A stretch of DNA of 64,000 bases from Camelus dromedarius (Eukaryota), in contig NC_087438.1 of the NCBI RefSeq assembly GCF_036321535.1, forward strand, positions 10,480,001 through 10,544,000, given 5' to 3'. A model generated the notes under the pieces. It saw only the letters and a list, made by a program, of their open reading frames with translations, searched no databases and was not told where the DNA came from. The stretch's first letter is position 1; each line of letters starts with the position of its first letter. Made by a program: the position numbers and the translations under genes. Below, in pieces: positions 1 to 15,325 of this stretch.

Positions 1-522
1 AGAATGTTTATTTTGAACAACAGGAAAAAAAGCGGGAAGAAAACAAGTAGGGGAAAAGGACTAAAGGGAAAGAAAGAATTTGTCTATAACCTTGCTGTTC
101 TTAAGAATCTTGTCTTTGGCTGATTTTGGGATCTGCAAAAACATGCCCTTATTTTATAAAGCATTACCTTCCCAGGAGTCTCTATGGTATTTCGACTTTC
201 CAGGATCGTTTGATTAACTTTAAAATTGTGTGTATGTGTATGTGTGTGTGGTGTTTACAGTCACACACATACAGGTATAGTTTTAGATATACATATAAAC
301 ACATACACACATAGCCACTACTTTGTGAGGTTGTACAGTTTGTTTTATATCTCTTTATGTTTTTTGCTCTGGCCTGTTTAATATTGCTTCTGACCAGTTT
401 AATAGGTTTTATATAAATTAAAGATACATTCTGTAGATTGAGTCAATTAAATGACAATTACTGAACTGTCACAAAACTGTTAAACTGGCGTATTTAATGT
501 GTATTTACATGTGTATTTAACG

Positions 523-1085
523 TGTGGTAAGTAGCCTCACACTCCCCACCCCACCCCCGCCAGGTGTCTGCATCCTAACCCCCAGACCTGTGAATACCGT
601 TGGGTTCAACAGCAAAGGAGAGTAGGGTTGCAGGTGGAATTAAGGTACTAATCCATTGACCTTGAACTAGGGAGAGTAGTCTGTGTGCTCCAGGTGGGCC
701 CAATGTAATCACAGGGGTCCTTAAAGGTAGAGAGGCACTTGGGAGAGTGTCAGTCGGAGGGAAATGTGAGGTGGGGAAGAGCTGTCAGGCGCAGCAGCAC
801 TGGCTCTGTGACTGGCACCAGGCACAGGAAGGACGTTACTGCGGTTACAGGAAGCAGCCACGCGCCGGAGAGTGGGGGCGGCCCCCGGAAGCTGGAGAAG
901 GCCGGGGAGTGGACCCTCCCCTAGAGCCTGCAGAAGGGAACGCGGCCTTGACAGCACTTTGATCTCAGCCCTGTGGAACCCGTGTCGGACCTCTAACCTG
1001 CAGGACTGTAGGATCGCACACGTGTGGCGTTTAGGTCGCTAAGTCTGTGGTAATGTGTTCCAACAACAATAGACAACTAATGTCC
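523..1085 (+). mobile_element. MLT1-family (ERVL-MaLR) solo LTR, MLT1D-like
   Basis: Characteristic segments: catcctaaccccagacctgtgaata, ggtgggcccaatgtaatcacaggggtcctt, aagctggagaaggc..ccctagagcct..gaagggaacgcggcc..acagcactttgat, ending ...atagacaactaa. Confidence 0.75.
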
Positions 1086-4000
1086 TCAGGCTGACTACCT
1101 TTTGGTCGTCTTTATTTTGGACATACTTCCCTAGTTTACTTTGGTAATCTTTATTTTGGAGGTACTTTGCTAGTTTGTTTCAAATTTCAATAAACACAAA
1201 ATAACTTTAAAAATCTTGGCTAATGACATACTACTTCAAAGTTACGAGCCCCTTCTAAGGATGACAGCGTGTTTGATGCTAATGTTCTCTCACGTTTCTG
1301 TATTTTTACTATAAATAAAAAGAGGTCTGTTCAATGCTGTGGTGTATGAAAATCAGATTCGGGTTCTCTTGTAAGGGGGATAATCACCTGTGTGTATTAC
1401 ATAGGCAGGTTTTGCCTGTGGTCATTTTGTTTTCTGGGTGAAGAGCTGGAGAGGAAGGAGCCCCACCACAGGCCTTTGCGTTCCTTTCACAGCCACACAG
1501 AGGAGGCGAGCCTAACTGATCTCTACAGCCCCTTCCTGCTTGGAGGTGTCATTTCACTGACACTGTTGCAGGTTATCCCCTTGATGTATTACTGTGACCA
1601 AGAAAAAATGAACTCTCCCCTTTGTGTTCACTGCGACTGAGACTCACAGAATTGCTGCTCCAGACTCCTGGCTCCACCTGAGCCTGTCTGGGTACCTGCC
1701 TGGCATTTGTATGTTCTCACTCTCCTTGCGTCTCCTTACCCAGTGCAGTGATCTCCACATCAATCCAGGACTGGAAGGAAAAACTTTTTCACAAGGATCG
1801 GCAGCCTATAACTCTGTGACGTATCAACCCATGATGTTTATCCTTAACTGTGCTGGCAGATGGGGCAGAGTGGGGCAAGAACGCTTCAAATAAAGGGGCA
1901 AGACCAAATTGTGAAAAAAGGACATTTAAAATCAATGAAAGTAAAGAAGGCTTTTAAATAGTTGCTATATTTTGAGAAAGCTTCAAAACAGAAGATTTTC
2001 AGGGAAGAGATATTGGATATTTCTGTTTTGTTTTTAATTCAGTTGTATAATTTAATGAATGTAACAAACTAATTAGGAGGAATTGCATATAAATTAGTGA
2101 CACTTTTACATGCCACCAATAAATTGGAAGTGAATTTCCCGTGTGATGCCAACATTTAATGGCTTTTTCTAACCTTGTAGGTTTCAAATGATGCGAGGAA
2201 TTATAGCTAAAATGAAAACACATGCCCTTGTTCTTTTCTGATTTTTAGAACAAGTTTCTCTCTTAAATTTTGGTCACATGTGTCCACACTGAGTTGTATG
2301 AATATTGTTAGTATAAGACTGACTTCTTATTGTGTCAAAATATACATACAATTTACCATTTTAACTATTTTTAAGTGTTTAGTTCAGCGGCATTATGTAC
2401 TATCATCACCATCCAGCCTCAGAACTTTTTTTTTTTTGTTAAGTTTAATTCCCCCACCTCGTACCAGGATTTCTTACACTTCTCACATGAGCTTTATATC
2501 ATGCCCTTCTAATCTCAGTATTTCCTCCAGGCTTAAACGGTCCTCAGTGTAGGAGTCCAGTGTCAGGGAGGGTTAGGTGACCAAACTGATCAGGCACATC
2601 GGGTTCTGCTGCATCTCGAAAGTAAAGAACTAACTGTGCATGGCTTCTGGTTTCATGCTAGGAACAAAAAATGTTTTTTTCTAACTTCTAAAACCTCAGA
2701 CAGAACCAAGAGGTTGGCTGTTAAAAAAAAAAATTGAGTATCAGCATAGCATTTTAAAATTCCATTTTGCTCACCCTTCAGTTTGAAAAGATGGGGTGGA
2801 GGTCAAATGAGTAACGCTAGACATTTTCCTGGACAGCATATAACTTAGACCATTGCTCCTAACCATAGGCCAGCACATTCATAAGGACAAACACAAGAGC
2901 CTGAGACTTCCCTGGCCCCATTCCTCATTATCCCTGTCATCCCCAAAGACAAAATCTGGGAGATGCCATGGGAACGCCTTTACGTACCTCAAGTGTCGGC
3001 CTCTGTCCACTGCTCAGCGTGCGCCCGGACTTCCTGTGGGTGGTGGCTTCTCTGTTGGACTAACTTCCCAGGAAGGACCCCAGAGTTAGGTGGAGAGAAG
3101 CAGCTGGTGCAAACTGACAACAGGTGAAGACCTGGAAAACTGCATGAATGTTCTGGAACTTTTAGTGTGCGATTCCAAGAAAACACATTTATGACTCTCT
3201 TAAATAAAAAACAGAGCAGAGATAAGGTGATACTTGGTGAAAATGATGTTTGTTATAAAATATTCGTATCCCTGGAGGTAAATAGGAAAGATAAGTACGT
3301 ATTTATATCTCTTACCAGAAGCTGCCCTTGGCTATAAATCAAGCATGCTGGGTAGATTAAAAGAAAAACTCAGCACTGGTATATATATTCCATCTATGTA
3401 TAATTCATTTATCAGAAAATGGTAAATGGATGTTAATTCTTCCACTAGGTCTATATTTCACAAGGTAATAATAGAGCACTTCAATCTGCTTGTGAGAGCA
3501 GTCGGTCACTAGCTGCATTTTCGGCTGTGCCTCCTGTGTGTCTTTTCATGTGCAAGCACACCGAGAGAGAAGCCACGCACTGTACAGGAAAGGGAGACAC
3601 CACGAGTCTCTTTTTGGAGCAGGAAGTAAAGTGGCTTTTTCCCTTCGAAAACTGTGGCAGAGCAATGCTTTTAAAACTGTCCGTGGTGAATCTGTGGTGT
3701 AATCCATTTAAAAAACTTCCAATCCTTTACAGACTGGCACTTTTTTAAAATTAAATTAAAATGTTGCACCAAGATCAAGTTGCCATAAAAGTTTCTAAAC
3801 ACTCGCTCTCCATTTCTGTACGTATTCTTGCAGACTGGCAAGAGTTGGTTGGCACTGGTCTGGAGAGCACACTTCTGTAGCACTGAAGTAGGAGTTTCAG
3901 GGGTGAATCAATAGGTTCTGATGTTATTTACCTGTGGGTTTGGGATTTTGCCCAGAGTGGGAGGGCAGTGCTAGGATTTTTTCATTTTTGTTTTTGTTTT

Positions 4001-6952
4001 GCTATTATTGGCCCAGCCAAGGCCACTGTGTGCGTGCGGTATGCGCCTTGGGGAGGTGAATAAGGGCTGGAATCTCTCCTCCGAGTGACCACTTCTGCTT
4101 GGCAGGGGCCCTTGGATCAGCCTTCGGGCAGCCCCACTTGCATCAGCAGTAGGATGCTACTTTTTTGAGAAGGTTTCCATAGGTTCCTACATACTCTTAG
4201 CAGAAATCAGCAAGAACCTTATTTTGATTTCAGTTCTTTATGCTTGAAATCATCATCACGTTTATTTCTTTACTGGATTTCAAGCTCCTGTGGGAAGGAG
4301 TGTGGGTCTCATATCACTGCGACTAGAACAGTGCCCGTACAAACACCAAGCAAGTTCTGAATCACAAGCTGAGAAGGAAAGCCAAGCCCCACTGTTAACC
4401 TTCTTAAAGAAGCAACGGATCTAATAGTGTGATGATTTCCCCCTCAAGTTTCTTTTTATTGATCCAGGACTTAAAGAGACCCAGGTTTTTAGATGTAGTT
4501 CTGGGAAGAGACGTTAATGACAATAATGATACCCTGACTATGACCCAAGTCCCAGCGACCACAATAGACAGAATGGCCACAATAGACATAAGAGGTCAAA
4601 CCAAGTATTGTTAACATTTTATCTCTCCTGAGGTTAACATTAACCAAGGACATTGAGTTCACCGAGAAACAGGTTCTTAAACAAATATGACTCATAAAAG
4701 AATGTTATTTACTGGGGTCACAAACTCCTAAGAAAGAACAGAACGTTAAGGTGCCCAGGGAATACACGCCATGTTCCACTGCTTGTGGAAGAGGCCTGAC
4801 TCCAGCCTGGACTCTGCAGAGCCTCCTGGCAGGTCCCTGGTAGGAGGGATGAAGTCGGGTCGGGCTACAAGGGCATAACAGCCTGAATCCGCAGAGCCGT
4901 GGCAGGTACACTTGAATGCATCTCAGATATTCATCAAAAGTCAGAAGCAGAAGGACACACGAGGTGCACAGCTGCAATCAGGAGAAATGAAGGCCTGGAC
5001 GCTTATCACCAACACAGAGGAAATACCTTCTGGTGGCAAACGTGGTAAGAGGGAGTTCTTAAACAACAGGGGGCATGGAATGGTCTCTTCCCCACCAGAC
5101 ACATCCATCTCACCTTGGCTCCTGAGGTCTTCACGCACCTGAAAGACACACACAGGCCTCGTCCGTGGTGGGCTGAAGAGGTGGTGCAGGCTCAGTGTCT
5201 GCAGCAAGGGAGAGGTTTGAGCAAATCCATGAATTCCAGTCCTGTGTGGGTTTCAGTGAGAATGACAAGTGCCTATGAGCTGAAGTTGCTGTTTTATGAT
5301 TAATATGAAATACTGCCTGAGCCTAAGTCAGCCTTGCCAGAAATATGCAAGAAGTATGAGTTTCTAAGATACTTTGGGTTCTGTTCAAGCAGTTTAGGTT
5401 GTGAGGACAGATAACTACTTAACTCAGTTTGATAAGGAGACTCCCACAGAACAGGCAGGAAGTACAGCCAGTCCTCCTGGAAGGGGCCTGGGACCCAGAG
5501 ACACAAGAGTGAAAGCTTCCAGCTGTGTTTCTCACGATCCACGGAGAGGTGGTCTCACTGTTCAAGATCTCTCTGCCTCTCTCTATACAAGTTCTCTCCC
5601 TGTCTCTCTCTCCCTCCCCCTTCCTCTCTTTGTCTCCCACTACCTCTCTCCCCCACTCTCCATCCTCTGGGCACAAGACGCTGCTCCTACCATTGAAGGA
5701 AACTGCATCTTCAAATTTCTGAGAAGCAAAATCTGACTGGTTCAGCCAGCCTATGGAACCTTGAACCATGCACACAACTCTATCTAGTCATCTGTGGCCA
5801 GGGCTTGGGGCCCGAGTGCCTGCAGCACAAATTCAAAGTTTCTAGGAAGCAGGTGCAATCAGGGCATGCTTCAAAAACCATATCTAATGCACGTGGAGAT
5901 TTCACAGCTCAGGCGTACACATGCGTGACCTTCAGCGATGGAATAAGAATCTTCATGGTTCAGGGCACCACATTATTAAGGTTGGTAATAATCCAGTTAG
6001 CATCCTCATGGATAGAAACATTAACAATGGAGAGGAGCAAAGACAATGCAGGTGGCACCGAAGTGTTAAGGTACCAGTCACACAAGGTTTCCCCCAGGAA
6101 GCAGTTTTCTCAGTGGCCCGAGGGGAAGATAGAAAAAAAAAAAGCTACAGGTTCAGAGTAATTCCCTTCATGTGCAGGTTTGTTGCTGTTGATCTGTTTA
6201 AATAGCTGAAAAGACACATGTGCTGTTTTTAACATGCAGACCCAAGTCCTGTGAGCTTTCCCGCAGCATTTTGATGGAACATGGATTACAGTTCTTTGTC
6301 CTCTAAACCTCACCTCCGTGCGTTCCAGCCCCTTTTAGCCTGGAGCTGGCTAGCTCTGTGAAGCGTTCTGGCTCCAGGACTTGAACTTCATGTTGCAAAG
6401 GGTGTATTTGGCATTGTCTGCTTCTTCCAGGTTTTATGACGACTTCCTTCATTTGTTAGTCTCTTTGTGCCATGGGTAGTAAATTTTTACTGGCAGTGGA
6501 AATTGGCTCCTATACTCTTAAGCATAAGCATGAAGGTCAAATCTGATTGTCTGGAACCTCGTGCACAGAATTCCCAACAGCTGTATCACAGGGCAGTTTT
6601 ATGTTTACTATAAGGAGACCTTGTTGTCCCTATGTCTATTACGACCTCTACAGGATATCATGTTTGTTAAGATACATCCTGGGGCTGGAGAACGGAGCAA
6701 AAAACACAAACCTTTAAAACGGTCAGATTACATCTGTGGCTTTCTAAACATTAAGGAAATAAAAACAATGGGAAATCTTCAGAGAACCATGAGATAGATA
6801 TCAGAAGAGATAGTTTGGTATTGTAAGTGAATATCCACTAAATCTATTTCTGGGCCAACCTGTTTTGGGGACATTAAACTTACCTACATTTCAAAGGTGA
6901 ACAATGCAACTAAATTGAGACAAGGTAAGTTTGGGCTTAAAAAAAAAAATAG

Positions 6953-7069
<117 letters not shown>

Positions 7070-7879
7070 TAAGAACCTCAGACACCAAGTTGAATATCCA
7101 GGTGGGAAGAAGCAAGTACATTATAAAACAGATACTGTTGGTGCTATCCTCACAGTTACTCCAGCTCAGGAAAAAGAAGTAAACACAGTGAAATGATTTC
7201 AAATGGTTCCCAGCCATCTCCCTTGCTTTACTCTTAAACCACCCCCAGATAATGAAATTTTCAAAGTCAGTTATTGTGTTGAACGAGGGGTAGTGATGAA
7301 AAATTGTAACCAAAGGAATTTTCAAATGGATGAAACAAAATAGGCTTTTTCAAATGTGAACTGGAAAGGAATCGCTCCACACAGAACAATTTAATGACTT
7401 TTGTAAGGTTCAGGAATGTAAGCAAAGACACACAACGCGGGATAATGGCTTCAAAATTGTAGTAGTGCCTCAGAGTTCCTGTTTGTAGGCTGACAGTCCT
7501 AAGGAGACCCATAGTTAGACGAATGTCAATCTTCAGTGTCAATAGGAACCAGGAAGTTCAGTATCATCTCTGCAGCAGGTCAAAAAGCTGTCAAGTCCTT
7601 ATATACATACAGAATCAAGTACCACACTGAATTATGCACCTTGTGAATAATGTTCAACTATCTGACAGCCACTTTTCTTTACAAGAGCACTCTTAACTGT
7701 TTCTTAGCATCCAGCCATATGTTCGGTCCCTCTGTGCAACTGCAGCCAACCTCAATTCCATTCTCCCTCACAACAACTCTTTGGTCTCAAGCTTTATCAT
7801 GTGGAGAGAGAATCTTATGAATCTCTTGACAAAGGTCAAGCCATGGATCTTCCACATTATGCCTTCAAGAGACCTAGCT

Positions 7880-9480
7880 TCCAAAATGACTATTCAAGAG
7901 ACCCAGAAGGTGTTACCTTAGTAGTAGGGCTAAGGTAGCCCAGAACAGAGGCTACACCAGACCTGTCCTTAAAGCTAAAAGCAGCCATGAAAGGATCAAA
8001 CCAATCTGATCTTCCAGGAATTTAACTGCCTTCCAACACTAACAATTTTTTGAAGGAGGATAGCAAAGTTTAGACACTTAGTGACCTAGCAACTCAGTGT
8101 TCAGCATCCAATAAAAAATTACTAGACATACCAAGAATCAGGACAATATGACCCAAAACCAGAAGAAAAAGATCAATAGAAAAAGACCCACCAAGGGCAG
8201 AGATGATAGAACAAGTATACGAAGACTTTGAAATAGCTCTTACAAACATGCTCACTATGTTTAAGAATCTTTAAATGATGTGAATATAATCAGGGAAGAC
8301 AGTGAAGACATAAAAAGGAACCAAATGGGAAGTCTAGAGATGAAAATTAAGATACCTGAAGTGAAAAAATATACTGGATGGGACTAAGCTGTAGCTTAGA
8401 CATGGAAAAAGAAAAGTGAACTTGAAGATGTAATAATACAAACTATTCAATCTGAAGCATAGAAAAGATAAATTAGGCCTCAATGACCTGGGGATGATAT
8501 CAAGGTATTCATTACAGGATTAACTGGAGTCCCAGGAAAGTGTGTGTTGCAGGAGGGGAGGAGACAGAAGCAGAATAATATTTGAAGAAACAATGGCTGA
8601 AAAAAAATCCAAATTTAATAAAAACTATGAAACCACAGATCTAAGAATCTTAAGGAACTCCAAGCAGGGTAAACACACAGAATCACACCAAAGCACATCA
8701 TAATGAAATTGCTGAAAAACTGTGATAAAGAGAAAAATCTTAGGACCAGCCAGAGAAAAAAGGCACATGGTGTACAGAGGAACAAATAAAAGAATAAGTG
8801 ATTTCTTTTCAGAAATAACACAAGTCAGGAGACATCTTTAAATTGCAGAATGAAAAAAATATTGTCAACATAAAATTCTATATACAGCAAAAATCTCCTT
8901 TAAAAATTTCACCTGAACGTAAAATAGACTTATTAAGACAAAAGCTGAGCGACTTTGCCATTTAACATCACCATAAGTAATGTTCGAGGAAAATTTTTAG
9001 AGAGAGGAAAAATAAAACCAGAGGGAAACTTGGGTCTACACAAAGGAATGAAGAGTACATATGTGGGTAAACATGAAAGTATTTTTTCATTTTAAAATTT
9101 CTTCTAAGAGTAATTAACTACATAAAGCAAAAACAATGAATATGTTGAGTTCCTAATTTATGCAGAAATAAAATGACAACAATAGAACAAAGGATGGAAG
9201 GGGAAAATGGAAGTTTACTGTTGTAAAGTTATACATAACTTTCAAATGTTATTCTTTAAAGTAGACGTGGAAGTTGAGGATATATTATAAACATTAGCAC
9301 AACCACTAAAAATGAAGATGAGGAGGTATAGCTAAGAAACCAATAGCAGGGAATAAGGGGGAGAGTGAACAGAAAACAGATGGGATAAACAGAGAACAAA
9401 CATCAAGATGGCAGATTTAATCCCAACCATTACATGTAAATGGTTATAAACCCTCCAAATAAAAAGAATAAATTAGATCC
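7880..9480 (+). mobile_element. Old L1 (L1M/L1ME-type) 5'/ORF1-region remnant
   Basis: A-rich + strand with L1M-like segments (aattactagacata..aagaatcaggacaatatgaccc; gaagaaacaatggctgaaaa; caaagcacatcataatgaaattgctgaaaaac); no intact ORF. Confidence 0.65.
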
Positions 9481-10054
9481 AGCTGACTGGAGGGAATTCA
9501 TGACGTATTGTGAAGTGAAAAAAGCAACACGCAGAATTTGTTGCTCTTAGCATTTGTTTATCTATGGGTAGTAGGAGGGAGAGGTGAGGGAAAAATGAAA
9601 GGAGACTGGCAAAATGGAAACATATGCATGATAAAATAACAAAAGGTGTTAAATATAATCCTTGACAACACTGATAATAAAATTGAGTTCTGAACATAGA
9701 CTAGGACTAGCAGATGACATGAACACGTGAAAACACTGAATTGACTTAAGATGGGATTGTGGTTAATTTTATTCTTAGAGTCTGAAACTTCAGTGCAGTT
9801 TTTACTAAAAAAAATTAAAGTTAAAAAATAAACATCTGGGGTTTGAAGATACAAAAACTCATGACCCAACTTCCTTTTAATAGTGTTTTATAGTGGTTCT
9901 TTGACTCTCTAGTTTTCTGGACAGAAAGCAAAGACCTTTTGTGCAATAATTCCCCCAAGATAGTTCCACATTTTATCTGGCATTAGCACACAGCACTGGC
10001 TATAGTTAAGTAGTCATTCAACATGGCAAGAGACTCCATCTGAAGTTAGAAATG

Positions 10055-10450
10055 AGTCGGTCAGGTTCTTTGGTTGTAAGTAGCAGGAACTGACTCTGAC
10101 CAACTTAAAAGAAAGAAAAGTATTAGGAAGACCAGAAAATTTGTCCTGGAATTGAGGCAGCCCCAGCAGGAAAAAAGCAGGAATTCCAGGGATGGTCCAT
10201 AGCTGCAGCAGTCTGGTTGGGTTGCTTCCACTGAAATGAATGAATTCCAGTCTTACTTCAAACTTCCATCACTGGCTCAAGTGACAAATTCCCAGGAGAA
10301 ACCACTGGACTCATCCTGTTCCCAGCCTCTATATACACTGGGGCCTACTAGGAGGAGCTCAGGACTCCACAGGGTGTCAGTAGCAGGAGGGCTGCTTCCC
10401 TCAGGCACAGTTCCACCAACATCACATGCACATAGAGAGGAAAGACTACT
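10055..10450 (-). mobile_element. Degraded old MLT1 (J/K/N-like) LTR fragment
   Basis: agtcggtcaggttctttggttgtaagtagcaggaactgactctgaccaacttaa resembles the end of old MLT1 elements. Confidence 0.4.
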
Positions 10451-12779
10451 CCCCCAAAAGAATTCAGGGTGTTCTAAGATTCTTGGGACACTGGGTGGCA
10501 AAAACACCTTTCTTGGCACTGGAGAATGGAACAGAAGTCATGGAGAAATGTGCACAGGGTTGAGCGTCACACCCAGAATATAGAATCTACCTGCAACACA
10601 TGATCTGGCTGCATTCCTGAGTCTGCGGTCCAAACTAAGAAGGGCAGGGCTTGCGAATACTTTTGTGCTATAAATCTGTGGGAACTGAATTTGCGGTCTG
10701 AAACCCAATATAATAGACATGATATGGCTTGCCTTTAGCCTGAAGGAAGTTGATAAAATAGTTTATGTTGGAGGCTGATTTCTAAGTATTACATGAATTT
10801 TGTCAATATGGATTTCAGTTTCAGTCTCTCATCTCAAGTGCTCCTTTAAGTATATATTAGTTATTATGGGCTGGCTATTTTTTTTTTTCTGATGGAGCTC
10901 TAAAATTGACCAGAAACAAACTACATTAGCACATTTGGGGACAAGATGTTCTAAATGTAATAAATGTTGCTGAGTGATATGAAATGATACGGCCCGTTTA
11001 AACCTTGAAGAAGAATATAGGCAGTTGGGTAAGTTGGGGAAATTATTAAGGAGAAAGGAAGCAGACTGTTGAAATTCTATGCATCACAAAAGAACAGCTG
11101 TATTGCAGATGGGCTTATAGTTGAAGAAAACAATAAATAATCACTGAAGGAAAAGGTAACGATTAAATGGAAGAGCCATCATGGAATGCAAATGGGAAGT
11201 GTTTACTTTTTAAGATATTTGAACTCAAGACCCATCTCCCAACTTCTCAGAACACTAGAGTCCCCCGTGTGTGCCTGCTCAGAGTGATGCTTTTCTTTCC
11301 TCAGGAAGAGAAGTACTATTTACAACTTTTGTGTTAATGAACCTTGGGGTTCCTACAGAAATATACTATGATCTCTTAAATAAAATTTTTACTTAAGCCA
11401 GAGAAAGGAAATAATGGACACTGAGAGATCAAGTAAATGCCTCCCACTCTGTTCCCTTTTAAAAATCAATAATTTTTATGTTTTTTTCTTCTTAAGGAAG
11501 TAGCATCTGGCTTTATGGAATTTGGAGGAGTTGAGCATCCTGTATGAATTATGCTGATTTTTAAATATGAATAAGATTGGAAAATGGCAGCTAATGTGGA
11601 ACCATCTGAATAAGACTGAGACTAATGAAAATCAGTGAAACTGAACCATATACTCTTAGTTAGATCTTAGTAGATGATCTCGTCCCCCATCCCTACCACA
11701 GTCATACAGATGAAAACATGAGGTCACATGATTTGAGTTTTTCTGTTCAAACATTTGTGGGAACTTTCTACATAACTTCTTATTTTGAAGTGCTACTTCT
11801 TCCACAATTCTTTTATAACAGTGCTACATGAAGTTAGAATTAACATCCACCTTACAGGTAAATTCTGTTACAACAGGATTGATCAAAGGAAGTATGTGTA
11901 GACGACAGGTATCTGTAGTTATGTGCAGTTCATCTTTGGACTAAATTTAGAAATGTGAAGGATTAGATACATAGCTTTTCATCATTTCCTGATATTTAGA
12001 AATGGGTCCATTTCCAGGCCAGATCCAGAGTTATGTCTTAGAAATTTGTGCCCATCTGAAGCATGCTTAAGAAGATTATTACCATGAAGTCTCTTAACAG
12101 AATTAACCTTAAGCCTGAGTATGACCTGGATATTAGTCTGGGCTTCTAGTGTCATGAATGTTACGTACTCCCAGAATAAAATAAATTGCTTAATAATGCA
12201 ATGAGATGACTTGTTCAAGAATTCAGCAATAAAAATACCTTTCATGAATATGTCGTATGACTTATTTCACAAATATTGTCTTAGTTTATCATGCAATGTG
12301 TAATTATTCAAAAGTTTTGAATAAGAAAATGAAGCTAATAGAGGCAAGTTACTTGTCTCAGATCTCATGCCAAGTGAGTGCCTGGCACATAACACTCAAT
12401 CAGTATATTTTGCTAAGTGGGTTAATGAGGTATTATAGTAGATCCTTTGTCTCCTAGTCAACTGCTCACAAAATGTACAAACAAAGGCAAGCATTGATGC
12501 CATAACATGTGGCATTGTTGAAAAGAACAAAAGCATAATAGAAATGTCACTTTTAGAAAACTTTTGCAGGACTTCAACAGCCTTTTGTAAGTTACCTTTG
12601 AAAAGATGGCATGCAGGGGAGAGCTGTCCCTGGTGCTGAACCTGCCATGAGGCAAATCGGTCAGATGGCTTTCACTGATTTTTGTACATATTTTCTTCTG
12701 TGCTTCGATTACTAATGACAATACTATTGATAAAAGTTATATTTATAAATAATTTTCCTTTTAAAACATTTTAAATACT

Positions 12780-13610
12780 ATTTTTTTAAATTATAGCTTT
12801 GCTGAGTTGTTGTTACATACCATGAAATTTACCTTTTTAGTGTAAAATTCAGTACATTTTAGTACCAGTCACAAAAGTCACAAGTTGTGGAATTAGCACT
12901 GTCTAATTTTAGAATATTTTTATTACCGTATAAAACCCCATCTCCTCAGCCTCTGAAAACCTGTGTCTATAGACTTGCATATTCTGGACTTTCATACACA
13001 TGGAATCATGCAATATGTGGCCTTTTGTGACTGACTTCTTGCACACAGCATGTTTCTGAGGACCATCCACATAGTATGTATTGATACTTCATTACTTTTT
13101 AATGAAAAACAATAATCTATTGTATGAATATAAATTTTATTCATCTAGAATAAATCCATTTTATTCATCTATTCATCAGTTGATGAACATTTAAATTGCT
13201 TCTCCTTTTTGGCTATGCTACTTTGAACATCTATATACAAGTTGTTTTTTTTTTTAAGATTCTTCCGCATCCATGTCAACATTTGTTATTGTCTATATTT
13301 TAATTTTAGTCATCCTAGTGGGTGTGAAATTGTATCTCACTGTGGTTGACTTGCACTTGCATTTCCATAATGACTAATGGCACTGAACATCTTTTCATGT
13401 ACTTGTTGGCCATTTTTATCTTCTTTGGAGAAATGTCTACACAAATCTTTTGCACATTTTTAAAAAATGGGTTTTTTTTTTTCAGTGTTGAGGTAAAATA
13501 GTTTTTTTTAAAATATATATTCTGGATATAGATCCTTTATCAAACATATCATTTACAAATATTTCCTCTCACACTGTGGGTTGACTCTTCACTTTCTTGA
13601 TGGTCTAGAT
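12780..13610 (-). mobile_element. L1MB-type LINE 3' end fragment
   Basis: T-rich L1 3' segments on + (cattctggactttcata..aatcatgcaatatgtggccttttgtgactgacttctt; catcctagtgggtgtgaaattgtatctcactgtgg; ttctttggagaaatgtct). Confidence 0.8.
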
Positions 13611-13699
13611 GACTGTTTTCAGCACAGTGATCCTTCTGATTCTTCCCAATCCCTCCCTCAGCAACTCTCCAAAGGTTTGTTAATAAAATGTAATAAGAA

Positions 13700-15325
13700 G
13701 TCTAAGACTTAAACATAAGACATAACACCATAAAACTCCTAGAAGAGAACTTAGGCAAAACATTCTCTGACATAAATCATAAGCAGTGTTTTCTTAGGTC
13801 AGTCTCCCAAGACAATAGAAATAAAAGCAAAAATAAACAAATCGGACCTATTCAGACTTATAAGCTTTTGCACAGGAAATCATAAACTAAATGGAAAAAC
13901 AACCTATGGACTGGGAGAAAATATCTGCAAAGGATGTGACTGATAAGGGCTTAATTTCAAAAACACACAAACAGCTCATACAACTCAATAACAAACAAAC
14001 AAAAGATCAAAAAATGGACAGAAGACCTAAATAGATATTTCTCCAAAGAATACATCCAGATGGCCAACAGGCACATGAAAAGGTGCTCAACATTGCTAAT
14101 TATTAGGGAAATGCAAATAAAAAGTACAATGAGATATCACCTCATACCTGGCAGAATGGCCAACAACAGAAAGTCTACAAATAATAAATGCAGAGTGTGT
14201 GGGAAAGTAAATTGGTGTAACCACTATGGAAAATAGTATGGAAATTCCTCAAAAAAATTAAAAATAGAACTACCATATGATCCAGCAATTCTACTCCTGG
14301 GTATTTATCCAAGGAAAGTAAAAACACTAATTAGAAAAGATATATGCAACCCTATGTTCATAGCAGCATAATTTATAATAGCCAAGATATGGAAGCAACC
14401 TAAGTGCCCATCAATAGAAGAATGGATAAAGAAGATGTGAGATACACACACACACACACAATGGACTATTACTCAACCATAAAAGAATGAAATCTTGCCA
14501 TTTGTGACAATACGGATGGACCTAGAGGGCATTATGCTAAATGAAATAAGTCAGATAAAGGCAAATTATGATACCACTTATATGTGGAATCTAAAAAACA
14601 AAACAAATGAATAAACAGAACATAACAGAAGAAAACAAAATACAAACAGAAAATAAACAAGTGGTTGCCAAAGGGGAGTAATGTCGGGAGGAGGTATGAC
14701 ATAGGTAAGGGAGATTTAGATACAAACTTCTAGTTGCAAAATAAATGAGTCACAGGTATAAAACGTACAGTGTGGAAAACAGTAAGTAATTATGTAATCT
14801 CTTTGTATGGTGACCGGTGGTAGCTAGACTTATCATCTTGATCATTTTGAAACGTATGGAAATACTGAATCACTACGTTGTATATCAGGAATTAACAGTG
14901 TTGTGGGCCAACTGTACTTCAAAAGCAAACAAACTCATGGAAGAAGAGATCAGATTTGTTGATACCAGGGGCAGGGGTGGGAATGGGATACTGGATGAAG
15001 GCAGTCAAAAGGTACAAACTTCCAGTTATAAGATAAATAAGTACTAGGCATGTAATGCACAACATGATAAATATAATTAACACTGCTTATGTTATACATG
15101 AAAGTTAAGAGAGTAAATCCCAAGAGTTCTAATCTGGAGGGAAAAATGTTTTTTTTCCTAATTCTTTAATTTAGCATCAATATGAGATAATGGATGTTTA
15201 CTAAACTTACTGTGATAATCATTTCATGATGTAAGTCAAATTATTATGCTGTACACTGTGAACTTACACAGTGCTGTGTGTCAGTTATATCACAATAAAA
15301 TTGGAAGAAAAAATAAAACAAAAAT
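13700..15325 (+). mobile_element. 5'-truncated L1 (ORF2 C-terminus + 3' UTR + A-rich tail), with a (CA)n at ~14444-14460
   Basis: aaactcctagaagagaac..ggcaaaacattctctgacataaatc; ggaagcaacctaagtgcccatca; ends cacaataaaattggaagaaaaaataaaac. Confidence 0.9.

Noticed and set aside
12780..15325. Oppositely oriented adjacent L1s as a single twin-primed (5'-inverted) insertion
   Set aside because: Both pieces contain their own 3' ends and look like different-age subfamilies, so two independent insertions are more likely.
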